This document shows positions 41,820 through 53,750 of a DNA stretch of 64,000 nt, piece by piece. The notes under the pieces were generated by a model. The model worked only from the letters and a program-made list of their open reading frames with translations. It had not been told where the DNA came from and did no database searches. The DNA comes from Tubiluchus corallicola (taxonomy: Eukaryota > Animalia > Priapulida). The stretch spans positions 124,001 to 188,000 of the forward strand of contig JAQGDQ010000417.1 in the NCBI GenBank assembly GCA_030141605.1, read 5' to 3'. The translations under genes were made by a program, and so were the position numbers. The stretch's first letter is position 1. Each line of letters opens with the position of its first letter.

Positions 41820-42555
41820 GAGAGACCAACATAAGGAATCATAGAGAAATAAATAAGATAATAAATAATGCAATAATTCTTTAACGAGTATTTTACGCTC
41901 TAACTCAATTACAAAAAAACTTTATTTACTTATTGATTACCGTAAGCTAATACTTTGAAATTTTTGTTTGGTTAACATGAGTTGTTCTGTCTAGGATTGG
42001 GCTACAGCTTTGATTGATCACAAAAATTTGTCAGATGATGGCACTAGACTTACCCTCTAAAAATCCCTGATTCAAATCCAGGCTCATAAAAGATTTATTC
42101 AAAGTTTTGTTCTGATTCAACTTTGAAAATTTGAGTTGTGACAAGCGGTTGTGTGATATTGGAGCTTGTATTTTTTACAAGTGGTAGCTGTACGATGTGG
42201 GAGGTTTTTACTCCAAGAAGAAATAAATAACCCAAAACTGCATGCTGTATTCTGAGAAATCCTGCAATCTAATCCAGAATGAGTGAAAACTTGCAAGCCT
42301 GGCAACACTAACTACTCGCATTGTGCAGTTGTTCTTTTTCCTTCACCTTTGAAACAGCTTAACATCTGTAGCACATTCACCTGAACGGTAGATTCATTCA
42401 ACTAAAAATGTTGTTTGTAATGGCAGTAGTTTTCTGTCAACGGCTTTGTTTATACAACGCTAGACTACACACTTTTCGATGATTTTTTGTGACTTTTCGA
42501 TGATTTTTTGAACACACTACGCAATTATTTTTTTGTAGATCAACACAATGTTAGT

Positions 42556-42990
42556 ATACACACAAGTACATCAAATTAATCTTTATCTGCACAAGCAGAT
42601 TTTCTTGAAAGCTGTTCTAAACTTGTTATTCATTACAGCATGGATAATTGGATTGGCAAAACTATTGCATAAGCCAAACCAAAGGCAGAAGATAGTTTGC
42701 ATACACACAAGTACATCAGATTAATCTTTATCTGCACAAGCAGATTTTCTTGAAAGCTGTTCTAAACTTGTTATTCATTACAGCATGGATAATTGGATTG
42801 GCAAAACTATTGCATAAGCCAAACCAAAGGCAGAAGATAGTTTGCATACACACAAGTACATCAGATTAATCTTTATCTGCACAAGCAGATTTTCTTGAAA
42901 GCTGTTCTAAGCTTGTTATTCATTATAGCATGGATAATTGGATTGGCAAAACTATTGCATAAGCCAAACTAAAGGCAGAAGATAGTTTGC
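42556..42990 (-). repeat. Three tandem 145-bp copies of the GPCR copy-1 3' end
   Basis: ATACACACAAGTACATC recurs at 42556, 42701, 42846 and 42991; each unit carries TM7, helix 8 and the stop. Confidence 0.9.
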
Positions 42991-43017
42991 ATACACACAA
43001 GTACATCAGATTAATCT

Positions 43018-43860
43018 TTATCTGCACAAGCAGATTTTCTTGAAAGCTGTTCTAAGCTTGGTATTCATTACAGCATAGATAATTGGATTGGCAAAACTAT
43101 TGCATAAGCCAAGCCAAAGACAGAAGATGTTTACAATGTTATCTGCAGGACCTGGTTGTGCAATTATGAAATTAGGTCCCCAGCAAACGAAGAATACAAC
43201 AATGGTCACAAGTAACATCTTTGTTGCTTTCATTTCTGCCACCTTTACACTAGACTGTGGATTTTCTTGATGAATTCTCAACACTTGCCTCCGTGCAGCC
43301 TTCCATATTATTGTGTATAATATTGATAATGCGATTACAGGCAAATAAAAGAACAGAATTTTATCCATTAAAAGTGCTGAAGGAAATCCTTTGTCGTCTA
43401 GTATTATGATTACATAGGCTGAAGCAAATCCCACAAACCAAATAACACAAATAGAAGCAGCTATCGTCTTCCCTGTGAGATAGATGTTGTACTTATAGGG
43501 ATGTAAAACAGCCAAATATCTTTCAGCAGCTATAACACATAGATGCATTATGCTCACACTTGTCGAAGGTATTATGGTGAAGCGACGGACTTGTCTTAAA
43601 ATTTCGTTAGCAAGTCGCGAACGAATTGGCGACAAAGGCATTATTACGCCGACCAACAAATCCGCCACGGCTAGTGACACGATCAGAGCATTTATTCCCG
43701 TTCGCAGCTGCTCGTACTTGTAAACTGCGACAAGAATTAACATGTTGCCAGCAATCACTGCGAAAGCAGTAAACACATACAAGTATAAAGCAATTTGTAG
43801 AATTTGCAAGTTTTTCTGCTCTGCTTGTAAGGTCGCGTTTACTGTAGAATTAGCCATCAT
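43018..43860 (-). CDS. Single-exon class A (rhodopsin-like) orphan GPCR, copy 1 (280 aa)
   Basis: GN (TM1), SLAVAD (TM2), ERY (TM3), W (TM4), CWGP (TM6), NPIIY (TM7), helix 8 followed by CLC; N-glycosylation sequons NST/NAT. Confidence 0.93.
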   Translation of the reverse strand: MMANSTVNATLQAEQKNLQILQIALYLYVFTAFAVIAGNMLILVAVYKYEQLRTGINALIVSLAVADLLVGVIMPLSPIRSRLANEILRQVRRFTIIPSTSVSIMHLCVIAAERYLAVLHPYKYNIYLTGKTIAASICVIWFVGFASAYVIIILDDKGFPSALLMDKILFFYLPVIALSILYTIIWKAARRQVLRIHQENPQSSVKVAEMKATKMLLVTIVVFFVCWGPNFIIAQPGPADNIVNIFCLWLGLCNSFANPIIYAVMNTKLRTAFKKICLCR

Positions 43861-44816
43861 ACATGTGTAAGTTAACTGCCATATCTAACTTGATAGTGCA
43901 CTAGCTACTCCATCATCCTGGCTATCATATGCAGCTCCCTACTATAAAATGCCACACAACGCATTTTTCCAGTGTATAAATACCGCATTTATTATGCTTT
44001 TATTAAATGTTTAAAATAGGCCAAGTTTGCATGTCTATTGATTAGTTTCTGTTTTAGCCTAATGGAAAAAAGTGCAGAATTGCATGAAATAGAATTTTAA
44101 AATTATTGATGTGTTACGTTAAGGAAACGTTGTGTTTACAGATTACTTATAGTCTAAATGCAACAGCCATGGCATTATTTCTGACTGTCATATGATAATG
44201 ATTCTGTTGCTCTGTTCACTAAAAGCTATGTGCTACATACACACAACAAACAGCATTGTTTGAAGAACATTAGCGTCTGTTTATTTTTCTTTGCCAACAG
44301 ACTCTACAACAAGGCAAATGATTTTTTTCCAAAATTTACTGATTCAGATAAAAAAGAAACTTAGCTTTTAATGTTTATTTATCTGCATAATTTATAAAAC
44401 TGCCATGGTACAAATCTCTTACATTTTAGCATGCCTGACTAGTTATCTCAGCAAGTGTATCATCCAAAAGAAAAATCAAAGATGTTCCAAGATAACCGAT
44501 GATAAATAAATTTGTTCCAAGATGACTGAAAAAAGTTAAAAAAAGATTTTGTTTCAAGAATGGTATTGTTGGTAAGTTAGTCTGAATATGTCTTTGAATG
44601 ACATCACAAGAGGTATTGTTCGTCGTTGTTTTCACGATACCTGTACATTATTGCTTGCTTTTACACCTGTTATTTATAATCACAGTAATGTTTTCCGGTA
44701 ATAGCTTTGCTTACAAAAGGTTCGGCTATGTGCATTTCGAATTTCGAAGTAAAAACTTTTCTGGACTTTTGTTAATAACACAGTGACCAGCATATAAAAA
44801 GTACCTCTCTTAGTTT

Positions 44817-45662
44817 TTATCTGAACAAACAGATTTTCTTGAAAGCTTTTCTAAACTTGTTATTCATTGCAGCATAGATGATTGGATTGGCAAAACTGTT
44901 GCAATATCCAAACCAAAGGCAGAAGAAATAATTCAGAGCACTATTCGCTGAATCTGGTTCTGCAATTATGAAAGCAGGCCCCCAGCAAACGAAGAACACA
45001 ACAGTTGTTACAAGTAACATCTTTGTTGCTTTCATTTCTGCCACCTTTACACTAGTGTGTGGATTTTCTTGGTGAATTCTCAACACTTGCCTCCGTGCAG
45101 CCTTCCATATTATTGTGTTCAGCACCGATAGTATGATTACAGGCAAATAAAAGTACAGAATTTTATCTATTAGAACTACAGAATGAAATCCTTTCGTGTC
45201 TGGTGCCATGATTAAATAGGCTGCAGCAATTGCAAGAAACCAAGTAGTACAAATGAAAGCAGCTATCATCCTCCCTGTGACATAGATGTTGTACTTAAAG
45301 GGATGTAAAATAGCCAGATATCTTTCCACAGCTATAATGCATAGATGCATTATGCTCACGCTTGTCAAAAGCGTCATGGTGAAGTAAATGACATATTCTA
45401 AAATTTCATTAGCTAGTCTCAAACGAATTGCTTCCAAAGGCATTATTACTCCAACCAACAAATCTGCCACGGCTAGTGACACGATCAGAGCATTCATTTT
45501 CGTTCGCAACTGCTCATACTTGTAAACTGCGACAAGAATTAATGTGTTGCCAGCTATCACTGCGAAGACAGTGAACACGTAAAAGTACAAAACAATTTGT
45601 GGAATTTGCAAGTTTTTCTGCTCTGCTTGTCCGGTCGCATTTGCTGTAAAATTATCCATCAT
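44817..45662 (-). CDS. Single-exon class A orphan GPCR, copy 2 (281 aa)
   Basis: Same seven-TM motif set; clear paralog of copy 1. Confidence 0.93.
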   Translation of the reverse strand: MMDNFTANATGQAEQKNLQIPQIVLYFYVFTVFAVIAGNTLILVAVYKYEQLRTKMNALIVSLAVADLLVGVIMPLEAIRLRLANEILEYVIYFTMTLLTSVSIMHLCIIAVERYLAILHPFKYNIYVTGRMIAAFICTTWFLAIAAAYLIMAPDTKGFHSVVLIDKILYFYLPVIILSVLNTIIWKAARRQVLRIHQENPHTSVKVAEMKATKMLLVTTVVFFVCWGPAFIIAEPDSANSALNYFFCLWFGYCNSFANPIIYAAMNNKFRKAFKKICLFR

Positions 45663-46789
45663 ACACGCGCAAGTTAAGAGCCATGTTTAATTCGATAATG
45701 CATTAGTCTATCATCCTAGGTACCTCAAACAGTTCTCTTTTATAAAGTGCCACACAATGTATTTTTTACTGTACAAATACCACATTTTACATGTTTTTGA
45801 TGAACGTTTAAGAGAGATCAACTTTGCATGTCTACGCAATGGACTCTGTTTTAGCCTAATGAAAAAAGCTCTGAGTTGCATGGAACAGGATTTTAAAAAT
45901 TAGTGGTGTGTTATATACTAAGTGAAGGTTGTGTTTACAGATCATTTACTGTCTATCAAATGCAACAGAAATGACGACATTTCTATTTGCCATCAAATAG
46001 ACACTTTGTTGCTCTGTTCATTAAAAACTGTGTGTCACGTATGAAACAAACAGCATTGTCTGGAGCACATTAGAGTCTGTTTACTTTTCTGTTGCATTAG
46101 TTATACGTAGCTTTTATGGTCAAATGTCAAATGTCACTGTATCACCATCTGAACCCCTCCCCTACACCAGATGTCTACCCTTCAAATTTTGTGACTTTTG
46201 GTATTGGTTTTTTTTTTAGTTATTGAGTGTCATGGTGGAGAATAAAAACAAATGAATAAACTGTTTGTGAAAAAGAAGATTCGCGTGTATCGCAGGACCT
46301 TAAGGCACACCTGAATGTGCAATAATTTATTACGGATTGTCCTAGGCACTAAATCAATTACACAAAAAAACCTCATTTGCTTATTAATTACAACAGGTGT
46401 GCCTTAATACTTTAAAATGAATTGTCTGACTACAATGAATTGTCCTGTCTGGGATTAGTACATTGTTAGGGCAAGCAGAACGTTCAAGTGGTAACTGTGA
46501 CTACATTCTGGGAGTTGTTTACTAAATGAAGGAATAAATAATCCAAAACTGCATACTGTGCTCTGAAGTTATGAAAAATCACAAAATCTCACCCGGAAGG
46601 TTTCAAAGATTCGAACTCCAAAAAATCCCAGAAGGGGGAAAGAATTCTAGTCGGGCGACTCCTAAACTACTCGCCTTGTTCTTCTTCTTGCTTTACGCTG
46701 GAAACAGCTAATAGCTTAATATCCACTGTACATTCGACTGACGGTAAACTCATTCAACTGAAAGCCCCGCGTCAGGGGGAAATGTTAAA

Positions 46790-47851
46790 AGCTCACAAAA
46801 CGGTAAATGCTTTCACACTTGTCCATTGGACAACATTAAAGTAGAAGCCCACGAACTGGTAAATGCTTTCACACTTGTCCATTGGACAACATTAAAGTAG
46901 AAGCCCACAAACCGGTAAACGCTTTCACACTTGTCCATTGGACAACATTAAAGTAGAAGCCCATAATCCGGTAAAAGCTTTCGCACTTGTCCATTGGACA
47001 ACATTAAAGTAGAAGCCCACGAACCGGTAAATGCTTTCACACTTATCCATTGGACAACATTAAAGTAGAAGCCCACAAACTGGTAAATGCTTTCATACTT
47101 GTCCATTGGACAACATTAAAGTAGAAGCCCACAAACTGGTAAATGCTTTCACACTTGTCCATTGGACAACATTAAAGTAGAAGCCCACAAACTGGTAAAC
47201 GCTTTCACACTTGTCCATTGGACAACATTAAAGTAGAAGCCCACAAACTGGTAAATGCTTTCACACTTGTCCATTGGACAACATTAAAGTAGAAGCCCAC
47301 AAACCGGTAAATGCTTTCACACTTGTCCATTGGACAACATTAAAGCAGAAGCCCACAAACCGGTAAAAGCTTTCACACTTATCCATTGGACAACATTAGA
47401 GTAGAAACCCACAAACTGGTAAACGCTTTCGCACTTGTCCATTGGACAACATTAAAGTAGAAGCCCACAAACTGGAGATGCTTTCACACATGTCCATTGG
47501 ACAACATTAAAGTAGAAGCCCACGAACCGGTAAATGCTTTCACACTTGTCCATTGGACAACATTAAAGTAGAAGCCCACACACTGGTAAAGGCTTTCACA
47601 CTTGTCCATTGGACAACATTAAAGTAGAAGCCCACAAACCGGTAAATGCTTTCACACTTGTCCATTGGACAACATTAAAGTAGAAGCCCACAAACTGGTA
47701 AAGGCTTTCACACTTACCCATTGGACAACATTAAAGTAGAAGCTCACAAACCGGTAAATGCTTTTACACTTGTCCATTGGACAACATTAAAGGAGAAGCC
47801 CACAAACTGGTAAATGCTTTCACACCTGTCCATTGGACAACATTAAAGTAG
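46790..47851. repeat. 56-bp minisatellite, about 19 copies
   Basis: GCTTTCACACTTGTCCATTGGACAACATTAAAGTAGAAGCCCACAAACCGGTAAAT. Confidence 0.93.
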
Positions 47852-48207
47852 ACTACAATTAAGCGAAAACTTGTTCGATGTTTTGAAATTTTTGTATCTT
47901 GTCAGTCACCAGAACCAAGAAGATACTAAAGATAACTTCTCAAATGAGTTCGTTCTTTGAATGACACAAGTGTGAATATGTTATTGGTCTTTATTTTCAC
48001 AAAACCTGTACGCTGACATATAATGCCTTTACCGCATTATTTATTGCAATTACACCTGTTGTTACTGATCACAGTAATGTTTTCCATTAGTGGCTTTGCC
48101 TGTAAAACATTCGGCTAATGTGTTTCAGTTTTTTTGTAGCCATGATATTGATGTATTTTTGTTGGTTAAACAATACTGGCATATACATAAGTACATCTCT
48201 TTACTTT

Positions 48208-49053
48208 TTATCTGCACAAACAGATTTTCTTGAAAGCTTTTCTAAACTTGCTATTCATTGCAGCATAGATGATTGGATTGGCAAAACTGTTGCAATGTCC
48301 AAACCAAAGGCAGAAGAAATAATTCAGAGCACTATTTGCTGAATGTGGATTTCGCATTATGAAATAAGGTCCCCAACAAACGAAGAATACAACAGTGGTC
48401 ACAAGTAACATCTGTGTTGCTTTCATTTCTGCCACGTTTACACTAGTCTGTGGATTTTCTTGATGAATTCTCAACACTTGCCTCCGTGCAGCCTTCCATA
48501 TTATTGTGTACAGTACTGATAGTATGATTAGAGGCAAATAAAAGAACAGAATTTTATCTATTAGAACTACAGAATGAAATCCTTTCGTGTCTGGTGCCAT
48601 GATTAAATAGGCTGCAGCAATTGCAAGAAACCAAGTAGTACAAATGAAAGCAGCTATCATCCTCCCTGTGACATAGATGTTGTACTTAAAGGGATGTAAA
48701 ATAGCCAGATATCTTTCCACAGCTATAATGCATAGATGCATTATGCTCACGCTTGTCAAAAGCGTCATGGTGAAGTAAATGACATATTCTAAAATTTCAT
48801 TAGCTAGTCTCAAACGAATTGCTTCCAAAGGCATTATTACTCCAACCAACAAATCTGTCACAGCTAGTGACACAATCAGAGCATTCATTTTTGTTCGCAG
48901 CTGCTCGTACTTGTAAACTGCGACAAGAATTAACATGTTGCCAGCAATCACAATGAAAGCAGTGACCACAAACAAGTATAAAACAATTTGCCAAATATGC
49001 AAGTTTTTCACCTCTGCTTCTCCGGTCGCATTTGCTGTACAATTATCCATCAT
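48208..49053 (-). CDS. Single-exon class A orphan GPCR, copy 3 (281 aa)
   Basis: Same motif set; mosaic similarity to copies 2 and 4. Confidence 0.93.
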   Translation of the reverse strand: MMDNCTANATGEAEVKNLHIWQIVLYLFVVTAFIVIAGNMLILVAVYKYEQLRTKMNALIVSLAVTDLLVGVIMPLEAIRLRLANEILEYVIYFTMTLLTSVSIMHLCIIAVERYLAILHPFKYNIYVTGRMIAAFICTTWFLAIAAAYLIMAPDTKGFHSVVLIDKILFFYLPLIILSVLYTIIWKAARRQVLRIHQENPQTSVNVAEMKATQMLLVTTVVFFVCWGPYFIMRNPHSANSALNYFFCLWFGHCNSFANPIIYAAMNSKFRKAFKKICLCR

Positions 49054-50319
49054 ACATGCAAAAGTTAAGAGCCATGTTTAATTCGATAATGCACTAGTCT
49101 ATCATGCTACGTACCTCAAACAGTTCTCTTTTATAAAGTGCCACACAATGTATTTTTTACTGTACAAATACCACATATTACATGTTTTTGGTGAACGTTT
49201 AAGAGAGATCAAGTTTGCATGTCTACGCATTGGACTCTGTTTTAGCCTAATGAAAAAAGCTCTGAGCTGCATGGAACAGGATTTTAACAATTAGTGGTGT
49301 GTTATATAGTAAGTGAAGGCTGTGTTTACAGATCATTTACTGTTTGTCAAATGCAACAGCCATGACAACATTTCTATTTACCATCAAATAGACACTTTGT
49401 TGCTCTGTATACTAGAAACTGTGTGTCAGGCATGAAACAAACAGCATTGTCTGGAGCACATTAGTGTCTGTTTATTTTTCTATTACATGAGTTATACGAA
49501 GCTTTTGTGGTCAAATGTCAAACGTCACTATGTGTCACCATCTGAGCACCTACACCAGATGTCTATCCTTCAAGTTTTGGGACTCTAGGTATTGGGTTTT
49601 TTTAGTTATTGAGTGTCATAGTGGAGAATAAAAAGAAATAAATAAACTGTTTGTGAAAAAGAAGATTCGCATGTATCGCACGACCTTAAGGCACACCTTA
49701 GTGTGCAATAATTTATTACGGATTATCCTAGGCGCTAAATCAATTACACAAAAAAACCTCATTTGCTTATTAATTACAGCAGGTGTGCGTTAATGCCTTG
49801 AAATTTTTGTTTGACTACAATGAATTGTTCTGTCTGGGATTAGACTAAAACAAAGACGGATCGCAAGAGATTGTCTAGTGATGGCATTAAACTTACACCT
49901 TAAAGATACCTGGCTCAAATCCAGGTTTATAAAAGATTGATTCAAAGTTTTGTTAAGCTTCAAGTTCAAAAATTTATCGATTGCAGTACATTGATAGGGC
50001 AAGCAGAACGTTCAAGTGGTAACTGTGACTACGTTCTGGGAGTTTTTTACTAAACGAAGGAATACATAACCAAAAAGTGCAGGCTGTGCTCTGAAGTTAT
50101 CAAAAATCACAAAATCTCACCCAGAAGTTTTCGAAGATTCGAACTCCAAAAAATCACAGATGGGTGAAAGAATTCCAGTCTGGCAACTCCTAAACTACTC
50201 GCCTTGTTCTTGTTCTTGCATCTCGCTGGAAACAGCTAATAGCTTAATATTCGCTGTACATTCGACGGACGGTAAACTCATTCAACTGAAAGCTCCATGA
50301 GAGGGGGAAATTTTAAAAA

Positions 50320-50709
50320 CTCATAAACCGGTAAATGCCTTCACACTTGTCCATTGGACAACATTAAAGTAGAAGCCCACAAACCGGTAAAGGCTTTCAC
50401 ACTTGTCCATTGGACAACATTAAAGTAGAAGCCCACAAACCGGTAAAGGCTTTCACACTTGTCCATTGGACAACATTAAAGTAGAAGCTCACAAACCGGT
50501 AAATGCCTTCACACTTGTCCATTGGACAACATTAAAGTAGAAGCTCACAAACCGGTAAATGCTTTCACACTTACCCATTGGACAACATTAAAGTAGAAGC
50601 TCACAAACCGGTAAATGCTTTTACACTTGTCCATTGGACAACATTAAAGGAGAAGCCCACAAACTGGTAAATACTTTCACACCTGTCCATTGGACAACAT
50701 TAAAGTAGA
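50320..50709. repeat. Same 56-bp minisatellite, about 7 copies
   Basis: Same unit and same flanks as the 46790 array. Confidence 0.92.
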
Positions 50710-50966
50710 CTACAATTAAGCGAAAACTTGTTCGATGTTTTGAAATTTTTGTATCTTGTCAGTCACCAGAACCAAGAAGATACTAAAGAGAACTTCTCAA
50801 ATGAGTTCGTTCTTTGAATGACACCACATGTGTAAATATGTTATTGGTCTTTATTTTCACAATACCTGTAAACTGATGTATAATGCCTTTACTGCATTAT
50901 TTATTGCAATTACACCTGTTGTTTCTGATCACAGTAACATTTTCCCTTAATGGTTTTCCCTTAATG

Positions 50967-51502
50967 GCTTTCATTACTGCCACCTTTACACTAGTCTGCG
51001 GATTTTCTTAATTAATTCTCAACACTTGCCTCCGTGCAGCCTTCCATATTATTGTGTACAGTACTGATAGTATGATTACAGGCAAATAAAAGAACAGAAT
51101 GTTATTCATCAGAAATACCGAATGAAACGTTTTCATATCTAGTGCTAGGTAGGATGCAACAAATCCAAGAAGACAAATAGCACAAATAAAATCAGCTATG
51201 ACCTTCCCAGTGACATGAATGTTCTACTTACAGGGATGTAAAACAGCCAGATATCTTTCAGCAGCCATAAGACACAGGTTTATTATGCTCACACTTGTCA
51301 AAGGCATCATGGTGGTCCTATTGGCCTGACTGAAAATTTGGCTAGCTAGTTTTAAACTAATTACCGACAGAGGCATTATTATTTTGATTAGCAAGTCATA
51401 TCTAGCGACACAATCAGTGCACTGTTTATTTTCCGCAGCTGCATGTACTTGTAAACTGAGAAGAGAATTAGCATGTTGACAGCAATTATAGCCACAGCAG
51501 TA
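50967..51502 (-). pseudogene. GPCR pseudogene, truncated at both ends (TM1 to start of TM6)
   Basis: Colinear nucleotide homology to the intact copies; CAA>TAA at 51008-51010, indels in TM2 and TM4, no start and no TM7. Confidence 0.85.
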
Positions 51503-51746
51503 AGTTCGTCTGAATTTGGCCTTTGAATGACATCACAAGTGGTATTGTTCGTCATTGTTTTCACTATGCCTGTACATTGTTGCTTGCTTTTACACCTGTT
51601 ATTTATAATCACAGTAATGTTCTCTAGTAATGGCTTTGTTTACGAAATATTCGGCTATGTGCGTTTTCATTTTCGAAGTAAACAATTCGATGTACTTTTG
51701 ATGATAACACAGAGACTAGCATATACAAAGTACATCTCTTTAGTTT

Positions 51747-52497
51747 TTATTTGCATAAACCCATTTTCTTGAAAGCTTTTCTAAACTTGCTATTCATTGC
51801 TGCATAGACGATTGGATTGGCAAAACTGTTGCAATATCCAAACCAAATGTAGAAGAAAAAATTCAGAGTGCTATTTGCCGAATCTGGTTTTGTTATTATG
51901 AAATTAGGCCCCCAGCAAATGAAAAATACAACAGTGCTCACAAGTAACATCTTTGTTGCTTTCATTTCTGCCACCTTTACACTAGTCTGTGGATTTTCTT
52001 AATGAATTCTCAACAGTTGCCTCAGTGCAGCCTTCCGTATTATTGTGTATAGTACTGATAGTATGATTACAGGCAAATAAAAGAACAGAATGTTATTCAT
52101 CAAAAATACCGAATGAAACGTTTTCATATCTAGTGCTAGGTAGGATGCAACGAATCGAAGAAATCAAATAACATGAATAAAATCAGCTATGACCTTCCCA
52201 GTGACATGAATGTTCTACTTACAGGGATGTAAAACAGCCAGAAAATGGTGGACCTATTGACCTGACTGAAAATTTGGCTAGCTAGTTTTAAACTAATTAC
52301 AGACAGAGGCATTATTATTTTGATTAGCAAGTCACAACTAGCGACACAATCAGTGCAGCTGCATGTACTTGTAAAATAAGATGAGAATTAACGTGTTGAC
52401 AGCAATTATAGCCACAGCAGTAAGCAGATACAAACATAAAATAATTCAGTCTCTCTGCTCTGCTTGATCTGTCAGATTTACTGTACGATTTAACATT
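51747..52497 (-). pseudogene. GPCR pseudogene, near full span with internal deletions
   Basis: TM6-TM7 ORF (51747-51974) is intact, but there is a TAA at 51999-52001 and the ERY/TM3 region is deleted near 52243. Confidence 0.87.
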
Positions 52498-52919
52498 ATG
52501 TAGAGAAGTTAGATGTCTTATTTGATCACTAGTCACTTATCATGGACACATTGTGTAACTCACTACTTTAAAATGTTGCAGGTTAATTACTTTTCACTGC
52601 ACAGATACTAATTTCCTAGCTGTTTTGAACATATTTAATCAAGCGTGTAGGTTTAAGTGGTCAGTATTGTTGGTAAGTTCGTCTGAATTTGACCTTTGAA
52701 TGACATCACAACAGGTATTGTTCGTCATTGTTTTCACGATACCTGTACATTGTTGCTTGCTTTTACACCTGTTATTTATAATCACAGTAATGTTCTCTAG
52801 TAATGGGTTTGTTTACGAAATATTCGGCTAGGTGCATTTCCATTTTCGAAGTAAAAAATTCCATGTACTTTTGTTGATAACACAGTGACTAGCATATAAA
52901 ATGTACATCTATTTAGTTT

Positions 52920-53750
52920 TTATCTGCACAAACAGATTTTCTTGAAAGCTTTTCTAAACTTGCTATTCATTGCAGCATAGATGATTGGATTGGCAAAACT
53001 GTTGCAGTATCCAAACCAAAGGCAGAAGATAAATGCCAGACATGGTTGTGTAATTATGAAATTAGGCCCACAGCAAACGAAGAATACAACAGTGGTTACA
53101 AGCAACATCTTTGTTGCTTTCATTTCTGCCACATTTACACTAGCCTGTGGATTTTCTTGATGAATTCTCAACAGTTGCCTCCGTGCAGCCTTCCATATTA
53201 TTGTGTACAGTACTGATAGTATGATTATAGGCAAATAAAAGAACAAAATGTTGTCCACTAGAACAACTGAATGAAATCCTTTCATTCCTAGTGCCATGAT
53301 TAAATAGGCTGCAGCAAACCCAAGAAGCCAAGTAGCACAAATAAAAGCAGCTATCATCCTCCCTGTGATGTAGATGTTGTACTTATAGGGATGTAAAATA
53401 GCCAAATATCTTTCCACAGCTATGATGCATAGATGCATTATGCTCACATTTGTCAAAAGCATCATGGTGAAGCGAATGACATGTCTTAAAATTTCGTTAG
53501 CTAGTCTCCCACAAATTGCTTCCAAAGGCATTATTACTCCAACCAACAAATCCACCACGGCTAGTGACACGATCAGAGCATTCATTTTTGTTCGCAGCTG
53601 CTCGTACTTGTAAACTGCGACAAGAATTAATGTGTTGCCAGCAATCACAGCAAAAGCAGTGACCACAAACAAGTATAAAGCAATTTGCCAAATATGCAAG
53701 TTTTTCACCTCTGCTTGTCCAGTCATATTTGCCGTAAAATTATCCATCAT
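52920..53750 (-). CDS. Single-exon class A orphan GPCR, copy 4 (276 aa)
   Basis: Intact ORF; TM6 reads CCGP instead of CWGP and ECL3 is shortened. Confidence 0.88.
   Translation of the reverse strand: MMDNFTANMTGQAEVKNLHIWQIALYLFVVTAFAVIAGNTLILVAVYKYEQLRTKMNALIVSLAVVDLLVGVIMPLEAICGRLANEILRHVIRFTMMLLTNVSIMHLCIIAVERYLAILHPYKYNIYITGRMIAAFICATWLLGFAAAYLIMALGMKGFHSVVLVDNILFFYLPIIILSVLYTIIWKAARRQLLRIHQENPQASVNVAEMKATKMLLVTTVVFFVCCGPNFIITQPCLAFIFCLWFGYCNSFANPIIYAAMNSKFRKAFKKICLCR

Noticed and set aside
41930-42110. Possible missing PLAT 5' exon (donor-like sites near 41940 and 42052)
   Set aside because: The translation lacks the PLAT TG...AGT.A.V pattern, and the sequence is homologous to non-coding GPCR-duplicon DNA at 49790-49960.
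49790-50002. Repeated 70-aa ORF (also 54487-54699) as a small gene
   Set aside because: It recurs only because of the recent segmental duplication, has a non-ATG start, and is disrupted in the other duplicon copies.
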